Of a stretch of DNA of 64,000 nucleotides, positions 36,977 to 49,914 are shown in pieces (the first letter of the stretch is position 1; each line of letters begins with the position of its first letter). Under the pieces are notes generated by a model. That model did not search any database. It was given only the letters and a program-made list of their open reading frames with translations, and had not been told where the DNA came from. This stretch comes from an uncultured Clostridia bacterium (GTDB lineage: Bacteria > Bacillota > Clostridia > Christensenellales > Borkfalkiaceae): contig CALVWW010000001.1 of assembly GCA_944368155.1 (NCBI GenBank), forward strand, positions 308,738-372,737, given 5' to 3'. A program made the translations under genes and the position numbers.

Positions 36977-37197
36977 ATGGAATATTTCTCCTGAAAACTT
37001 AGGCACAAGCCCGATTTCTGTTTAAATTATAAACTAATTCAGCCGCAAAGGCAATTAAAATTGGCGAAAGTGCGCTATAATGTTGAAAAAAAATGTATGC
37101 TGTGCTATAATTTTATCAGTACTTTATTTTTTGCCGCAGGCAATATGCAGCCCTTGTTACCGGCATATTTTCATGCCGTGCGGCACATAAGGTTTTT

Positions 37198-39933
37198 ATG
37201 AGCAAAATATATTTCAGAAAGGGAACGGCGCGCACCGAAAAAGACGGCGCACTGCCTGCGGACGGGACTGCCGCGGCTGAATCTACGTCCACAGCCGCAC
37301 CCGGGCCTGATGCGGAGAACGTTGAGAGGGCGGTGACGGAAGCTGCGGCGGAAAACGCGGATACAGTTTCAGTTGCAGATACTGTGCAGCAGGAAACGGC
37401 CTTACCGCAGGATGAAGAATTTGATAAGGATAAAATATTCAAGTACTTCCGCCGCCACCCCAAAAACAAGATAAATACACATGTTGACCGTTATTCTCCC
37501 GACCTGAATACAGGGCTTACCGCCGCGCAGGTTCAGACGAGGATTGGCCAGTTTTTATTCAACGATACAAACAAAAAATATTCCAAGTCTTACGCCAGCA
37601 TATTTATCGGCAACATCTGCACATTTTTTAACCTGTTGTGCCTGATTGCCTTTATTGCGCTCATACTTGCAAACACTTCGGGCATTACAAACTATCTGGT
37701 TATTTTTATAACTACAGCAAACATAGTTATAGGAATTATTCAGGAAATACGCTCGAAACTTTCTATCGACAAACTTTCAATAATGGCGGCCAACACCGCA
37801 AAGGTCATGCGTGACGGAGAAGTCGCGGAGATACCTCTTGCCGAAATAGTTTTAGACGACGTTATTCTCCTCGAACTCGGAAACCAGGTACCGGCCGACT
37901 GCATACTTGCCGAAGGAGCTGTTGAGGTAAACGAATCTCTTCTCACCGGCGAAAGCGTATCCGTTAAAAAGAAGCCGGGAGATATTCTGTATGCCGGCAG
38001 CTTTATATCCAGCGGCAGCGGAAAGTTCCGCGTGGAAAAAGTGGGCAAGGAAACTTATCTTCAGAAACTGACTTCCAAAGCGAAGAAGTATAAGCGCCCC
38101 AACTCCGAGCTGATGAACAGCACGAAGTGGATAATCAAAGTTATCGGCGTGCTGATAATACCCATCGCCATAGGCATATTCTTTAAAATGTACAACGCCT
38201 ACTACCCCGGCGTGCAGGGTTCGGAAGAGATAACAGCGTGGCTGTTTTCCGTGCAGGTAAACTATGCCATTCAGCGTACGTGTACGGTTATTATAGGCAT
38301 GATACCATCGGGAATGCTTCTTCTCACTTCCGTTGCGCTGGCAGTCGGCGTAATACGGCTTGCAAAACACAATACGCTCGTACAGGACTTATATTCGCTG
38401 GAGATGCTCGCAAGGGTAAACGTTTTGTGCCTTGATAAGACGGGAACGATTACCGACGGCCGGATGAAGGTGAACGACTGCATAATTTTAAATACAGTCG
38501 AAAATCTCACTCTCGACGAGATAATGGGCTCCATGCTTGCCGCGCTCGACGACAACAACCAGACTTCTATTGCGCTTTTTAACCACTTCGGTCACAGCGA
38601 CAGACTGAGCCCGGTTACAAAGATACCTTTTTCTTCAAAGAGAAAACTCTCCGCCGTAACTTTCGACGAGGGCGGGACATTTTGCTACGGCGCGCCCGAA
38701 TTTGTGCTTAAGCCTCTGCCCGCCAAGGTGGAGAGAATTATAAAACAGTATGCGCAGATGGGCATGAGGGTGCTCGTGCTCGCACATTCCTCCTCGCCGA
38801 TAATCGGCGAAAAACTGCCGGCAATCATGCGGCCTATAGCAGTTATCTCGATAGCAGACAACATACGCGAGGACGCGATTTCAACGATAAAGTGGTTCAG
38901 GGAAAACGACGTTGCCGTCAAAGTTATTTCAGGCGATAATCCCGTAACCGTTTCTGAAGTGGCACGCCGCGCAGGCATTGAGAGCGCCGATAAATTTATC
39001 TCGCTCGAGGGCCTTAACGACAGCGAGGTTGAAAACGTTGCCAACAAATACACGGTGTTCGGCAGAGTAACGCCGGAGCAGAAAGCCATACTTGTAAGGG
39101 CGATAAAGGCCGAGGGCAATACTGTAGCAATGACAGGCGACGGCGTGAACGACATACTCGCGCTCAAAGAGGCCGACTGTGCGATATCTGTTGCCTCGGG
39201 CAGCGAGGCGGCGAGAAATGTGAGCCACCTCGTTTTAATGGACAACAACTTCAACTCAATGCCCAAAATTGTTGCTGAGGGCAGACGCGTTATAAACAAC
39301 ATAAAGAACTCCTCCTCGCTCTATCTGATGAAGACGCTGTTCACGGCGCTGCTGGCGGTGCTGTGCCTTGTTATACCCGATATGAGATACCCTTTCCTGC
39401 CCTCGAACGTGCTTCTTCTGGAAGTGTGCGTGATAGGCGTACCCTCCTTCTTCCTCTCGCTTCAGCCGAACAATGCGAGGGTGCAGGGCAAGTTTATAAC
39501 GCACGTCATGAGCCGCGCTGTCGCCGGCGGCGTACTGATGATTTTGTGCGTGATGTCCATGCATATTGCCGACGCGATAGACCACGAAGAATTCGGCGAT
39601 TACCTTACGGCAATGAGCATGATTGCGCTGACATTCAGCGGGCTTGTTATGCTTTTCCGAGTGTGCCAGCCGTTCAACGGGTATCGCGTAGTGCTGTTCC
39701 TTGCCAATCTTGCCATCGCCATAGTTTGCTTTTCGGTGCCGTGGCTTGCGCAGAAGCTGTATTCGGGCTGGTACGCGCTCACATGGGACTATGCAAAGAT
39801 ACTCGTGATAGTCGTCGTGATAGAGGCGGCATTCCCGCTGTCTTCGGCGCTAATAAAAATCATGGAAATAATAATGCCGTCCTCCACGGGCAATACTCGT
39901 AAAGGTGCGCAGAGACAGTCGCAGAACAGATAA
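37198..39933 (+). CDS. Cation-transporting P-type ATPase (HAD-IC family, substrate unknown) with ~85-aa low-complexity N-terminal extension
   Basis: 911 aa with TGES, DKTGTITDG and MTGDGVNDILALKEAD. TATAAT boxes lie upstream at about 37075 and 37105. Confidence 0.88.
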   Translation: MSKIYFRKGTARTEKDGALPADGTAAAESTSTAAPGPDAENVERAVTEAAAENADTVSVADTVQQETALPQDEEFDKDKIFKYFRRHPKNKINTHVDRYSPDLNTGLTAAQVQTRIGQFLFNDTNKKYSKSYASIFIGNICTFFNLLCLIAFIALILANTSGITNYLVIFITTANIVIGIIQEIRSKLSIDKLSIMAANTAKVMRDGEVAEIPLAEIVLDDVILLELGNQVPADCILAEGAVEVNESLLTGESVSVKKKPGDILYAGSFISSGSGKFRVEKVGKETYLQKLTSKAKKYKRPNSELMNSTKWIIKVIGVLIIPIAIGIFFKMYNAYYPGVQGSEEITAWLFSVQVNYAIQRTCTVIIGMIPSGMLLLTSVALAVGVIRLAKHNTLVQDLYSLEMLARVNVLCLDKTGTITDGRMKVNDCIILNTVENLTLDEIMGSMLAALDDNNQTSIALFNHFGHSDRLSPVTKIPFSSKRKLSAVTFDEGGTFCYGAPEFVLKPLPAKVERIIKQYAQMGMRVLVLAHSSSPIIGEKLPAIMRPIAVISIADNIREDAISTIKWFRENDVAVKVISGDNPVTVSEVARRAGIESADKFISLEGLNDSEVENVANKYTVFGRVTPEQKAILVRAIKAEGNTVAMTGDGVNDILALKEADCAISVASGSEAARNVSHLVLMDNNFNSMPKIVAEGRRVINNIKNSSSLYLMKTLFTALLAVLCLVIPDMRYPFLPSNVLLLEVCVIGVPSFFLSLQPNNARVQGKFITHVMSRAVAGGVLMILCVMSMHIADAIDHEEFGDYLTAMSMIALTFSGLVMLFRVCQPFNGYRVVLFLANLAIAIVCFSVPWLAQKLYSGWYALTWDYAKILVIVVVIEAAFPLSSALIKIMEIIMPSSTGNTRKGAQRQSQNR

Positions 39934-39957
39934 TTATTTTATATATTATAAACATTT

Positions 39958-39987
39958 AAAACGGGCGCTCCGCAGAGCGCCCGTTTT
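39958..39987 (+). terminator. Terminator of the P-type ATPase gene
   Basis: AAAACGGGCGCTC-CGCA-GAGCGCCCGTTTT. Confidence 0.8.
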
Positions 39988-40011
39988 AAATGAAAGTTAT
40001 ATCACAGACAA

Positions 40012-40043
40012 AGCCCCTGCCGCGATATGTCGCGGCAGGGGCT
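40012..40043 (-). terminator. Terminator of gyrA
   Basis: 14-bp stem AGCCCCTGCCGCGA / TCGCGGCAGGGGCT with loop TATG. Confidence 0.7.
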
Positions 40044-40094
40044 TTGATAAATAATCAAATATTTGATTATAACGCTTCGGCTATTGCGCTTACA

Positions 40095-42644
40095 TTACTC
40101 TTCAGCACCGTCGTCGGCCTGCTCGGCAATATCCTCGGCGGTAGCTTCTTCTGGTGCGGCTACTTCCGCCTCCTCATCGCGCTCTGTAACCGCTATCGTC
40201 GCAACGGAACCCTCTTTGAGCTTCATAAGCCGCACGCCGCGCGTGGCTCTTCCTATGAGCGAGATATCGGAGCAGTGCATTCTTATGATTACCCCCGTGT
40301 CGGAAATTATCATAACGTCGTCGCCCGCCGTAACCTGTTTCATATTTACCAGCTTGCCTGTAGTTTCGTTGAACACGCCCGCCTTTACGCCTTTGCCTGC
40401 CCTGCCCTGGACATGGTAATCAGCGGGCGACGTGCGCTTGCCGTAGCCGTTTGACGTAACGGTGAGGATATCTTTGCTCTCGTCAACGACGAGCATGTCG
40501 ACGAGCTTATCGCCCTCGTCGAGCTTCATGGCGCGTACGCCCGCCGTATCGCGCCCCATGGCGCGCACTGCACTTTCGGAGAAGCGAATACACTTGCCCT
40601 CGGACGAGGCTATCATGAGCTCGTCGTCGCCGCCCGTAAACTGAACGGAGATAAGCTCATCGTCATCGCCCAGTTTTATAGCTATTTTGCCGTTTTTATT
40701 TATACGGGCAAACTCCTCTATGGCCGTCTTTTTGATGAGTCCGCGGCGTGTGGCAAAGGCAATATAACCCTCAGCCCCCTCCTTTACGGGAATCATTGCG
40801 GTAATCTTTTCGTCCTGCGCTATGCGGACTATGTTGACTATAGCCCTGCCGCGCGCAGTCCTTGCGGCCTCGGGAATTTCATAGCCCTTTATGGAATATA
40901 CCTTTCCGAAACTTGAGAACAGGAGAATATCGTCGTGCGTAGACGTTATGAACATGCGCTCAACAAAGTCCTCTTCCTTGGGCCTGTGCGCAGTTACGCC
41001 CATACCGCCGCGGTGCTGAGCCTTGTATTCGGCGACGGGCAGTCTCTTTACATAGCCTGAATGGGTGAGCGATATCACGACGTTCTCTACAGGTATCAGG
41101 TCGGCGTCCTCTATTTCGCCGTAATCTACGGCAATCTCCGTCTTTCTCTCGGAGGGATATCTCTTCTTTATGTCGAGAAGGTCGGCGCGTATTATCTCGA
41201 GAACGCGGCTCTCGTTGGCGAGGATATCTTTAAAATCGGCAATCTGCCTTTCAAGCTCGTTCAGTTCGTCGGTGAGCTTATCAACCTCGAGATGAGAGAG
41301 CCTGTACAGCCTCAGTTCGGCGACGGCGTTGGCCTGTCTTTCGTCCAGAACGAAGTTAGCCATAAGCTTTTCAACGCAGTCAGTCTTGTCGCGGGCGGTT
41401 TTGCATATCTCCACCACCTCGTCTATGCTCGCCTGGGCTATGACGAGGCCGCGCAATATGTGCGCCCTCTCTTCTGTTTTTCCGAGGTCGTATTTGGTTC
41501 GTCTGGTGATTATATCCTTCTGGTGCTCGAGGTAATAATAGATGCACTCCTTTAAATTGAGCACCTTAGGGGTGCCGTCGACAAGGGCGAGCATTATTAT
41601 GCCGTCGGAAACCTGAAGATTGGTGTGTTTATATAATAGATTTAAAACAACCTGCGCATTGGCGTCCTTTTTGATTTCGATTACTATGCGCATGCCGTCC
41701 CGGTCAGATTCCTCGCGGATATCGGAGATGCCCTCTATCCTCTTGTCCTTTACAAGGTCGGCAATTGTTTCGATGAGTTTTGCCTTGTTTACCTGATAGG
41801 GAATTTCTGTAACGATTATGCGCGTGCGCGTCTGGTTACCGCTCTGATATTCCTCTATGTCGCATTTGGAACGGATAATTATATTGCCGCGCCCTGTACG
41901 ATAGGCCTTGCGTATGCCGCTGCGGCCCATTATCATGGCTCCGGTGGGGAAGTCGGGGGCAGGGATATACTGCATAAGCTCGTCGACTTCGATATCCGGC
42001 TTGTCTATCATAGCTATGACGCCGTCTATGACCTCGCCCAGATTATGGGGCGGTATGTTGGTGGCCATGCCGACGGCAATTCCGTCGGAGCCGTTTACAA
42101 GCATGTTTGGAAAGCGCGAGGGCAGCACCGAAGGCTGCATTCCGGTATCGTCGAACGTGGGATAGAAGTCCACCGTCTCCTTGTCTAAATCGCGCAACAT
42201 CTCCGCGGCGAGTTTTGAAAGCCTTGCCTCGGTGTACCTCATTGCCGCAGGGGGGTCGCCGTCGACTGAACCGAAGTTGCCGTGACCTTCAATCAGTGGA
42301 AAGTTTATGGAGAAATCCTGCGCGAGTCGCACTAGAGCATCGTATACGGACGAATCGCCGTGGGGATGATACTTACCGAGGCAGTCGCCGACTATACGCG
42401 CACATTTCCTGAATGGCTTGTCGTTATATAACCCCAGCTCGTGCATGGAGTATAATATTCTGCGGTGAACTGGCTTTAAGCCGTCGCGGACATCCGGAAT
42501 GGCGCGCGAAACGTTTACCGCCATGGCGTAGGCGATGAACGAGCGTTTCAATTCTTCGTCCACCTCTACGTCAAGCATCTTAGTCATCGACAAAGTCTTT
42601 TTAAATTCTTCGGTGAGCTCAGGGCTGGTCTCTTTTTTAGCCAT
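40095..42644 (-). CDS. gyrA: DNA gyrase subunit A
   Basis: 849 aa. Motifs: [26 protein letters not shown] and the active-site region AAMRYTE. Acidic C-terminal tail. Confidence 0.97.
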   Translation of the reverse strand: MAKKETSPELTEEFKKTLSMTKMLDVEVDEELKRSFIAYAMAVNVSRAIPDVRDGLKPVHRRILYSMHELGLYNDKPFRKCARIVGDCLGKYHPHGDSSVYDALVRLAQDFSINFPLIEGHGNFGSVDGDPPAAMRYTEARLSKLAAEMLRDLDKETVDFYPTFDDTGMQPSVLPSRFPNMLVNGSDGIAVGMATNIPPHNLGEVIDGVIAMIDKPDIEVDELMQYIPAPDFPTGAMIMGRSGIRKAYRTGRGNIIIRSKCDIEEYQSGNQTRTRIIVTEIPYQVNKAKLIETIADLVKDKRIEGISDIREESDRDGMRIVIEIKKDANAQVVLNLLYKHTNLQVSDGIIMLALVDGTPKVLNLKECIYYYLEHQKDIITRRTKYDLGKTEERAHILRGLVIAQASIDEVVEICKTARDKTDCVEKLMANFVLDERQANAVAELRLYRLSHLEVDKLTDELNELERQIADFKDILANESRVLEIIRADLLDIKKRYPSERKTEIAVDYGEIEDADLIPVENVVISLTHSGYVKRLPVAEYKAQHRGGMGVTAHRPKEEDFVERMFITSTHDDILLFSSFGKVYSIKGYEIPEAARTARGRAIVNIVRIAQDEKITAMIPVKEGAEGYIAFATRRGLIKKTAIEEFARINKNGKIAIKLGDDDELISVQFTGGDDELMIASSEGKCIRFSESAVRAMGRDTAGVRAMKLDEGDKLVDMLVVDESKDILTVTSNGYGKRTSPADYHVQGRAGKGVKAGVFNETTGKLVNMKQVTAGDDVMIISDTGVIIRMHCSDISLIGRATRGVRLMKLKEGSVATIAVTERDEEAEVAAPEEATAEDIAEQADDGAEE

Positions 42645-42654
42645 CTTTCACTCC

Positions 42655-44692
<2,038 letters not shown>

Positions 44693-44823
44693 CTCGGCAC
44701 AAATAGTTTTTTAATATTCACAAAATTTTACGTCCCGGGGCGCCGTAAAATTTTCGTGACCTTAGGGAGCCGGCTCCCTCTTGCCATGATTTTATGCGCC
44801 CTATTATTATATAATCATGGCAA

Positions 44824-44898
44824 TTCACCCACGGTGAGCCTGCTTGCGCAGCAAATTGGGTTGCGCTTTACGGCCGAACTAAATTCGGCCTTGCGCCC
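44824..44898 (+). repeat. Structured intergenic repeat, copy B2 (lacks the long first hairpin)
   Basis: TTCACCCACGGTGAGCC...GCAGCAAATTGGGTTGCGCTTTACGGCCGAACTAAATTCGGCCTTGCGCCC followed by CATGATTATTTT, as after copy C1. Confidence 0.6.
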
Positions 44899-45139
44899 AT
44901 GATTATTTTAAAATGTTTCGCAAAATTTTACGTCTCGGGGAGTTAATTTTACAAATTAAAAAACTCCGGACGCACGTTTACACGCAAAGAAAAATCAATA
45001 AAAATTCAGCAGAAAATTTATCTTTTATATTATACCATATTATATAATGGCTGTCAACTTCTGGCAGGCGTCTCAGCGTTTTAAGGCATATAAAACGCGT
45101 GTTTACACATACTTTTTTAAACGAAAAAAGGGGAAAACA

Positions 45140-45295
45140 ATGCGGCAAAAAAATGGAAGTTTTTTATGCGGAAAATTTGATGTTCGGGACGGATACGAAT
45201 GTCCGGTTTGCGGCAACCATGTGTGCAAAAAATGCGCGGCAAGCAATGAAAATCTGTGTCCGAACTGCTTTTCGCGGCTGTACAGAATAAGCTGA
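45140..45295 (+). CDS. 51-aa double-CxxC zinc-ribbon protein
   Basis: MRQKNGSFLCGKFDVRDGYECPVCGNHVCKKCAASNENLCPNCFSRLYRIS. A-rich GGGGA SD-like sequence lies upstream of ATG 45140. A strong terminator is downstream. Confidence 0.5.
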   Translation: MRQKNGSFLCGKFDVRDGYECPVCGNHVCKKCAASNENLCPNCFSRLYRIS

Positions 45296-45324
45296 AAGCG
45301 TTTTAAATTATTGGCAGTGCAAGG

Positions 45325-45376
45325 AAAAAAAGCTGTGCGGAGCACGCGTAAATTTGCGTGCTCCGCACAGCTTTTA
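45325..45376. terminator. Bidirectional terminator hairpin
   Basis: 17-bp stem AGCTGTGCGGAGCACGC / GCGTGCTCCGCACAGCT flanked by an A-run and a T-run. Confidence 0.8.
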
Positions 45377-45391
45377 TATTTATGATACTCA

Positions 45392-46114
45392 TCAGAGATA
45401 TTCATTTTTTAAACTTTCGAGCCTGTCGCCCCACTTCTTTGCATTCTCTTCCTCGCCCTTGGCGGCGTAGTAGTCGGCGCGGAGAGATACAAGCATTATG
45501 AACGACGGTTCGCTCTCCATTATCTGAGGCACAGAGAAAAACAACTCTTCGTCAACCTGCTCTATAGTCATGCCTTCGGAAAGCATGCCCTGAATTGTGA
45601 GCACGCGCTCCAATACCTGCCATTCGGGAGTATTTTCGGCAGTATCGATTATCATGCGCATATCGGTGGCGTTCGTCCCCGAACCTGTGGGCACGGCGTT
45701 TATAATAAAGAGATAGAGCGATGAAGGCGCTATAAACGAGGCGAGAGCCGCTCCGCCTCCGAAACATATGCAGATTATGCCCGCCGCCGCAAAGATGAAG
45801 TTTACAGCTATTCCGCCGCACGCCGCGAGTATAAACCCGCGCCTGATATTTTTTGAACTTTTGGGCGTAACCGTACAGCTCGAGGGGGAAAATACGGCAA
45901 ATTTGCCGAGCTTTACGCTCATTCCACCCGCCGCACCGAACAGCTTGTGGCCGAGCTCGTGCAGCTGCGCCGCAAGCGGAAAAAAAAGCGCGCTTAAAAG
46001 GATATATGCGGCTACGTTCCACCATTCACCGCCTATGCGGTAGCACATAAAGCTCCCGGCTGCGGCAACGGCGAGCGAAAGCACTGCCGCTGCAGCCGTT
46101 ATAAAATATTTCAC
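45392..46114 (-). CDS. Membrane protein with HExxH motif (putative M50/site-2-protease-like metalloprotease) and soluble C-terminal domain
   Basis: 240 aa and about 4-5 TM helices. HELGH sits in TM2 and INAVPTGSGTNATD resembles the S2P NxxPxxxxD motif. Its start overlaps the upstream gene's stop by 4 nt. Confidence 0.5.
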   Translation of the reverse strand: MKYFITAAAAVLSLAVAAAGSFMCYRIGGEWWNVAAYILLSALFFPLAAQLHELGHKLFGAAGGMSVKLGKFAVFSPSSCTVTPKSSKNIRRGFILAACGGIAVNFIFAAAGIICICFGGGAALASFIAPSSLYLFIINAVPTGSGTNATDMRMIIDTAENTPEWQVLERVLTIQGMLSEGMTIEQVDEELFFSVPQIMESEPSFIMLVSLRADYYAAKGEEENAKKWGDRLESLKNEYL

Positions 46115-46977
46115 TTTGCCCTTCCCTTTCTGAGCACATAGCCCTCTAAATTATCGCTCTCAGACACAGTGAGCCCGTCTGCGCAAAACCGGCTTAAAAT
46201 GCTGTACAACAGCAGACAGCCGCCTGCAATAACGTCGGCGCGGCGAACGTCCATTCCGCGGAGCTGTTTGCGCTCCTCGGGCGTAAGCGCAAGAAGCTTT
46301 TGCGCCTCCCCGCCCAGCCATGCGGCAGAAAGATAAGTGCCGTCGACAACCTTCGGGTCATACCTGTCGAGCCCGTGGAAGAGCGCGGCAAGGCTGGTGG
46401 CCGTGCCTCCTATGCCGTATATGTCCCACCCTTTGAGTGAAAGACTGCCGTAATCGGCAAGTTTTTCATCTATGGCGCGCTGTAATCCCGCTGCATTCTG
46501 CCCCGCAATATCGAAGAGGCGGACGGTGCCTATGTTTACACTCTTTGAGTATTCAACCCTGCCGTCCTTTTGCAGAATGATTTCTGTGCTGGCTCCGCCG
46601 AGGTCTATGATGCCGCCGTCTTCCCCGCGCAGCGCTCCCGCTATGCCGCAGGCCGCCTCCTCCTCTCCGCTGAGCACATCTACATCTATGCCCGTGAGCT
46701 GTTTCACCCTTTTAACGAAGTCTGCTCCGTTCTTTGACGAACGGACTGCAGCCGTGGCGAATACAAACGGCGTACCCGCCCCGTTGAGCTCTGCCGCCGC
46801 GGCGAAGAGCTGAACTGCGCGCGCGGTGCGCTCGATGGCCTCGGGCTTTAAAAGGCCGCTTGAGGCCAGCCCCTCTGAAAGGCGGGTAGTCTCCAACTGT
46901 TTATATAAAGTTTTTCCGTCCGCCATAACCATGAGGCGAACGGAATTTGAACCTACGTCTATTGCCGATATCTTCAT
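46111..46977 (-). CDS. Short Ppx/GppA-family phosphatase (ASKHA core only, no HD domain)
   Basis: 288 aa with ISAIDVGSNSVRLMV and IIDLGGASTE. Confidence 0.8.
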   Translation of the reverse strand: MKISAIDVGSNSVRLMVMADGKTLYKQLETTRLSEGLASSGLLKPEAIERTARAVQLFAAAAELNGAGTPFVFATAAVRSSKNGADFVKRVKQLTGIDVDVLSGEEEAACGIAGALRGEDGGIIDLGGASTEIILQKDGRVEYSKSVNIGTVRLFDIAGQNAAGLQRAIDEKLADYGSLSLKGWDIYGIGGTATSLAALFHGLDRYDPKVVDGTYLSAAWLGGEAQKLLALTPEERKQLRGMDVRRADVIAGGCLLLYSILSRFCADGLTVSESDNLEGYVLRKGRAK

Positions 46978-47016
46978 AAATTACAAAAACTGCGGAAAAA
47001 TGCCGCATGCTTAAAA

Positions 47017-47268
47017 TTATTTTATAATGTCGTACTCAACCGCAAGCAAGTAGAGGTTGTTTAAATCGCCGTAGTAATCGATGCGGTTCTCGTAATCTTC
47101 GATTGCGCGGTCGAATGCAGCGACTTCGTGCATGAGCGCGTTCCTGCGGTTGTTGAGCTGAACAATTACAACCAACTGATATATCATTATAGCGACAAGC
47201 ACGACGAGAAGTAGAACTACCGTGACTGTAGCGGCGGCAACCAGACGATTGCGCTTTTGTTGATTCAT
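47017..47268 (-). CDS. DivIC/FtsB-like septum formation initiator
   Basis: 83 aa with an N-terminal TM helix and a coiled coil. It sits after yabP-yabQ, as in B. subtilis yabP-yabQ-divIC. Confidence 0.6.
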   Translation of the reverse strand: MNQQKRNRLVAAATVTVVLLLVVLVAIMIYQLVVIVQLNNRRNALMHEVAAFDRAIEDYENRIDYYGDLNNLYLLAVEYDIIK

Positions 47269-47311
47269 GTCTTTTTACCTCTTTTAACGACAAAAAAGTA
47301 TTCTGTCGGCG

Positions 47312-47674
47312 CTATTTTGCACCAGGAGAGCCTTTTTTGCCCCTTTTTGCAATTCTGCTGACTATATTATACAATCTATTCAGAAAAAATGCAACCATTA
47401 TGTGGAAACTTTTGATATACAGCAATGCGCCCAAAATTACGGCGGCGAGCATGTACAGCCGCACATCGGGAAAACAGAAGAGCACTGAGGCCGCAACAAA
47501 CAGTGCCGAAAGCACCGCGGCGTATATTATGTCGCATACTGCGCAGGAGATAATCTCGCGCTTTTTTATTTTTACAGCGGGCCGCCCTCCGATTATAAAC
47601 CGCGCTATGTAGAGCATGTCATACACAATGCCGCTGCAAACGCCGAGCGCAAGGCATATAAGAAATATGCGCAT
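47312..47674 (-). CDS. yabQ: Spore cortex biosynthesis protein YabQ
   Basis: 120 aa and about 4 TM helices. The N-terminal G..SGIVYDMLYIARF is typical of YabQ. It is adjacent to yabP. Confidence 0.7.
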   Translation of the reverse strand: MRIFLICLALGVCSGIVYDMLYIARFIIGGRPAVKIKKREIISCAVCDIIYAAVLSALFVAASVLFCFPDVRLYMLAAVILGALLYIKSFHIMVAFFLNRLYNIVSRIAKRGKKGSPGAK

Positions 47675-47677
47675 AGA

Positions 47678-47932
47678 TTATTTGAACAGGCGCTGTGCAA
47701 GTTTTATTCCCTTGGCCGAGTATTTTACACCCGTAACAGTTCCGGTAGCTGAAAATGCTCCGCTGCCCTTGGAAAAAGCGACAATCTTCAGTCCGCTGCC
47801 GGTCACCGTTATTCTGCCTCCCGCATAGCTTAAAACTATTTGCGTCGGCGAGAAAGCGTCGACGCTCTCAATTGCCGTTGCCGAAATTTTGTTGCAGTCT
47901 TCTATGGTGACGGAATGTACTGTTCCTTCCAT
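47678..47932 (-). CDS. yabP: Sporulation protein YabP
   Basis: 84 aa with the pattern HSVTIEDCNKISATAIESVDAFSPTQIVLSYAGGRITVTGSGLKI typical of YabP. Confidence 0.75.
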   Translation of the reverse strand: MEGTVHSVTIEDCNKISATAIESVDAFSPTQIVLSYAGGRITVTGSGLKIVAFSKGSGAFSATGTVTGVKYSAKGIKLAQRLFK

Positions 47933-48024
47933 TATTACCTCCCGCCGCCGAGCAAAAAATACTGCCTGTGCGGCAGTATTTATATATGCTTAAATCATGT
48001 TTTTTATGTTGGAGAAAGCTGAAA

Positions 48025-49854
48025 TCAAAGCCCCTTCTTTGCCTTGGCATTGGCCTTTGCGCGGAGTTCTGAATCTAATATGCGCTTGCGTATGCGGATA
48101 TTTTTTGGCGTTATTTCCAAAAGTTCGTCGTCTGCGATAAACTCCAGACATTCCTCAAGGCTCATGCGCTTGGGAGTTATAAGCCTGAGCGCGTCGTCGC
48201 TTGAGGAAGAACGGGTATTTGTGAGATGCTTTTGCTTGCAGACATTTACGTTTATATCCTCAGATTTGGGGCTCTCTCCTATTACCATGCCCTCATACAC
48301 GGCTGTGCCGGGACCTATGAACAGAGTGCCGCGCCCCTGCGCGTTGTACAGGCCGTATGTTACAGCCTCGCCTGTTTCGAAGGCGACGAGCGAACCTGTG
48401 TTCCTGCGCGAAAATTCGCCCTTGTACGGCTGGTATTCGAAGAACACCGACGAGAACACGCCCTCACCCTTTGTAGAGGTTAAAAATTCGCTCTTATAGC
48501 CGAAGAGACCGCGTGCGGGGATGATGAATTCAAGGCGGGTACGGCTGCCGACTGCGCTCATATGAAGAAGTTCACCCTTTCTCTCGCCCATGCTCTGAAA
48601 TACCGCGCCCGAAAATTCGTCGGGTACGTCGACAATCAGGCGCTCCATAGGCTCGCACTTTACGCCGTCTATCTCCTTATAGAGCACTCGGGGAGTAGAC
48701 ACCTGAAATTCATAGCCTTCGCGGCGCATATTTTCGATGAGTATCGAAAGATGCATTTCACCTCTGCCGCAAACGCGGTAGCTGTCTGCAGAGTCGGTTT
48801 CCTCCACGCGGAGAGATACGTCTTTTAAAAGCTCGCGGAAGAGGCGGTCGCGCAGATGGCGCGTGGTGACCCACTTGCCCTCCTTGCCGGCAAAAGGTGA
48901 ATCGTTTACCGAGAACGTCATCTCAACGGTGGGTTCGGATATCTTTACGAACTTGTGCGCCTCCACGCAGTCGGGCGAGCACACAGTGTCGCCTATATTA
49001 ATTTTTTCAAGGCCTGAAAAGCACACGATATCGCCGGCAACAGCCTTTTCGCAGGGAACGCGGCTCAAGCCTTCTATCTGATAGAGATTGGCAATTTTGC
49101 CTGCAAGCCTCATCTGCTGATTGTTGTAATTGGTTACAGCTACCGCCTGCCCCTGCAAAATTTCGCCGCGCTCGATTCGGCCTATGCCTATTCTGCCGAC
49201 ATAGTCGTTGTAGTCTATCGAGGAAACAAGCAGTTGTGCGCCGCCCTTTTCATCGACTTCCATGGGCTTGATATGGCTTAATATGGTGTCGAAAAGAGGC
49301 GTTAAATCTTTTCCGGGGGTGTTTAAATCGAGTGTGGCGGTGCCGTTTCTGCCGGAGCACCACACAACGGGGCTCATGAGCTGGTCGTCGGAAGCGTCGA
49401 GCTCGAGCAAAAGTTCGAGTATCTCGTCCTGCACTTCGGCAAGACGCGCGTCGGGACGGTCTATTTTATTTACAACGATTATAAGCCTGTGACCCATTTC
49501 AAGCGCCTTCTGAACTACAAAGCGCGTCTGGGGCATGGGACCTTCGGCGGCATCGACGAGAACGAGAACGCCGTTTACCATCATCATAACCCTCTCTACC
49601 TCGCCCGAAAAATCGGCGTGGCCCGGGGTATCTACTATGTTTATTTTAACGCCGTTGTAGTGCACGGCAGTGTTCTTTGCAAGTATTGTTATTCCTCGTT
49701 CGCGCTCAAGGTCGTTCGAGTCCATCACCCTCTCTTCAACGGCCTGATTCTCTCTGAATGCGTGACTCTGTTTAAGCATGGCGTCGACGAGCGTCGTCTT
49801 GCCGTGGTCTACGTGCGCGATTATAGCTACATTTCTTAAATCTTCTCTTACCAA
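48025..49854 (-). CDS. typA: Translational GTPase TypA/BipA
   Basis: 609 aa with [18 protein letters not shown] and NKID. Confidence 0.95.
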   Translation of the reverse strand: MVREDLRNVAIIAHVDHGKTTLVDAMLKQSHAFRENQAVEERVMDSNDLERERGITILAKNTAVHYNGVKINIVDTPGHADFSGEVERVMMMVNGVLVLVDAAEGPMPQTRFVVQKALEMGHRLIIVVNKIDRPDARLAEVQDEILELLLELDASDDQLMSPVVWCSGRNGTATLDLNTPGKDLTPLFDTILSHIKPMEVDEKGGAQLLVSSIDYNDYVGRIGIGRIERGEILQGQAVAVTNYNNQQMRLAGKIANLYQIEGLSRVPCEKAVAGDIVCFSGLEKINIGDTVCSPDCVEAHKFVKISEPTVEMTFSVNDSPFAGKEGKWVTTRHLRDRLFRELLKDVSLRVEETDSADSYRVCGRGEMHLSILIENMRREGYEFQVSTPRVLYKEIDGVKCEPMERLIVDVPDEFSGAVFQSMGERKGELLHMSAVGSRTRLEFIIPARGLFGYKSEFLTSTKGEGVFSSVFFEYQPYKGEFSRRNTGSLVAFETGEAVTYGLYNAQGRGTLFIGPGTAVYEGMVIGESPKSEDINVNVCKQKHLTNTRSSSSDDALRLITPKRMSLEECLEFIADDELLEITPKNIRIRKRILDSELRAKANAKAKKGL

Positions 49855-49914
49855 ATTTTTGCCTCTCTATGCGTGAATTTACCGCCCGGAAAGGGCGGCA
49901 TTAAACAGTTTGCA

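Noticed and set aside
36977-37197. An expected T-box leader upstream of serS.
   Set aside because: Only about 220 nt are shared with a divergent promoter. There is no T-box sequence (AGGGUGGUACCGCG-like), no specifier-loop architecture and no terminator or antiterminator pair.
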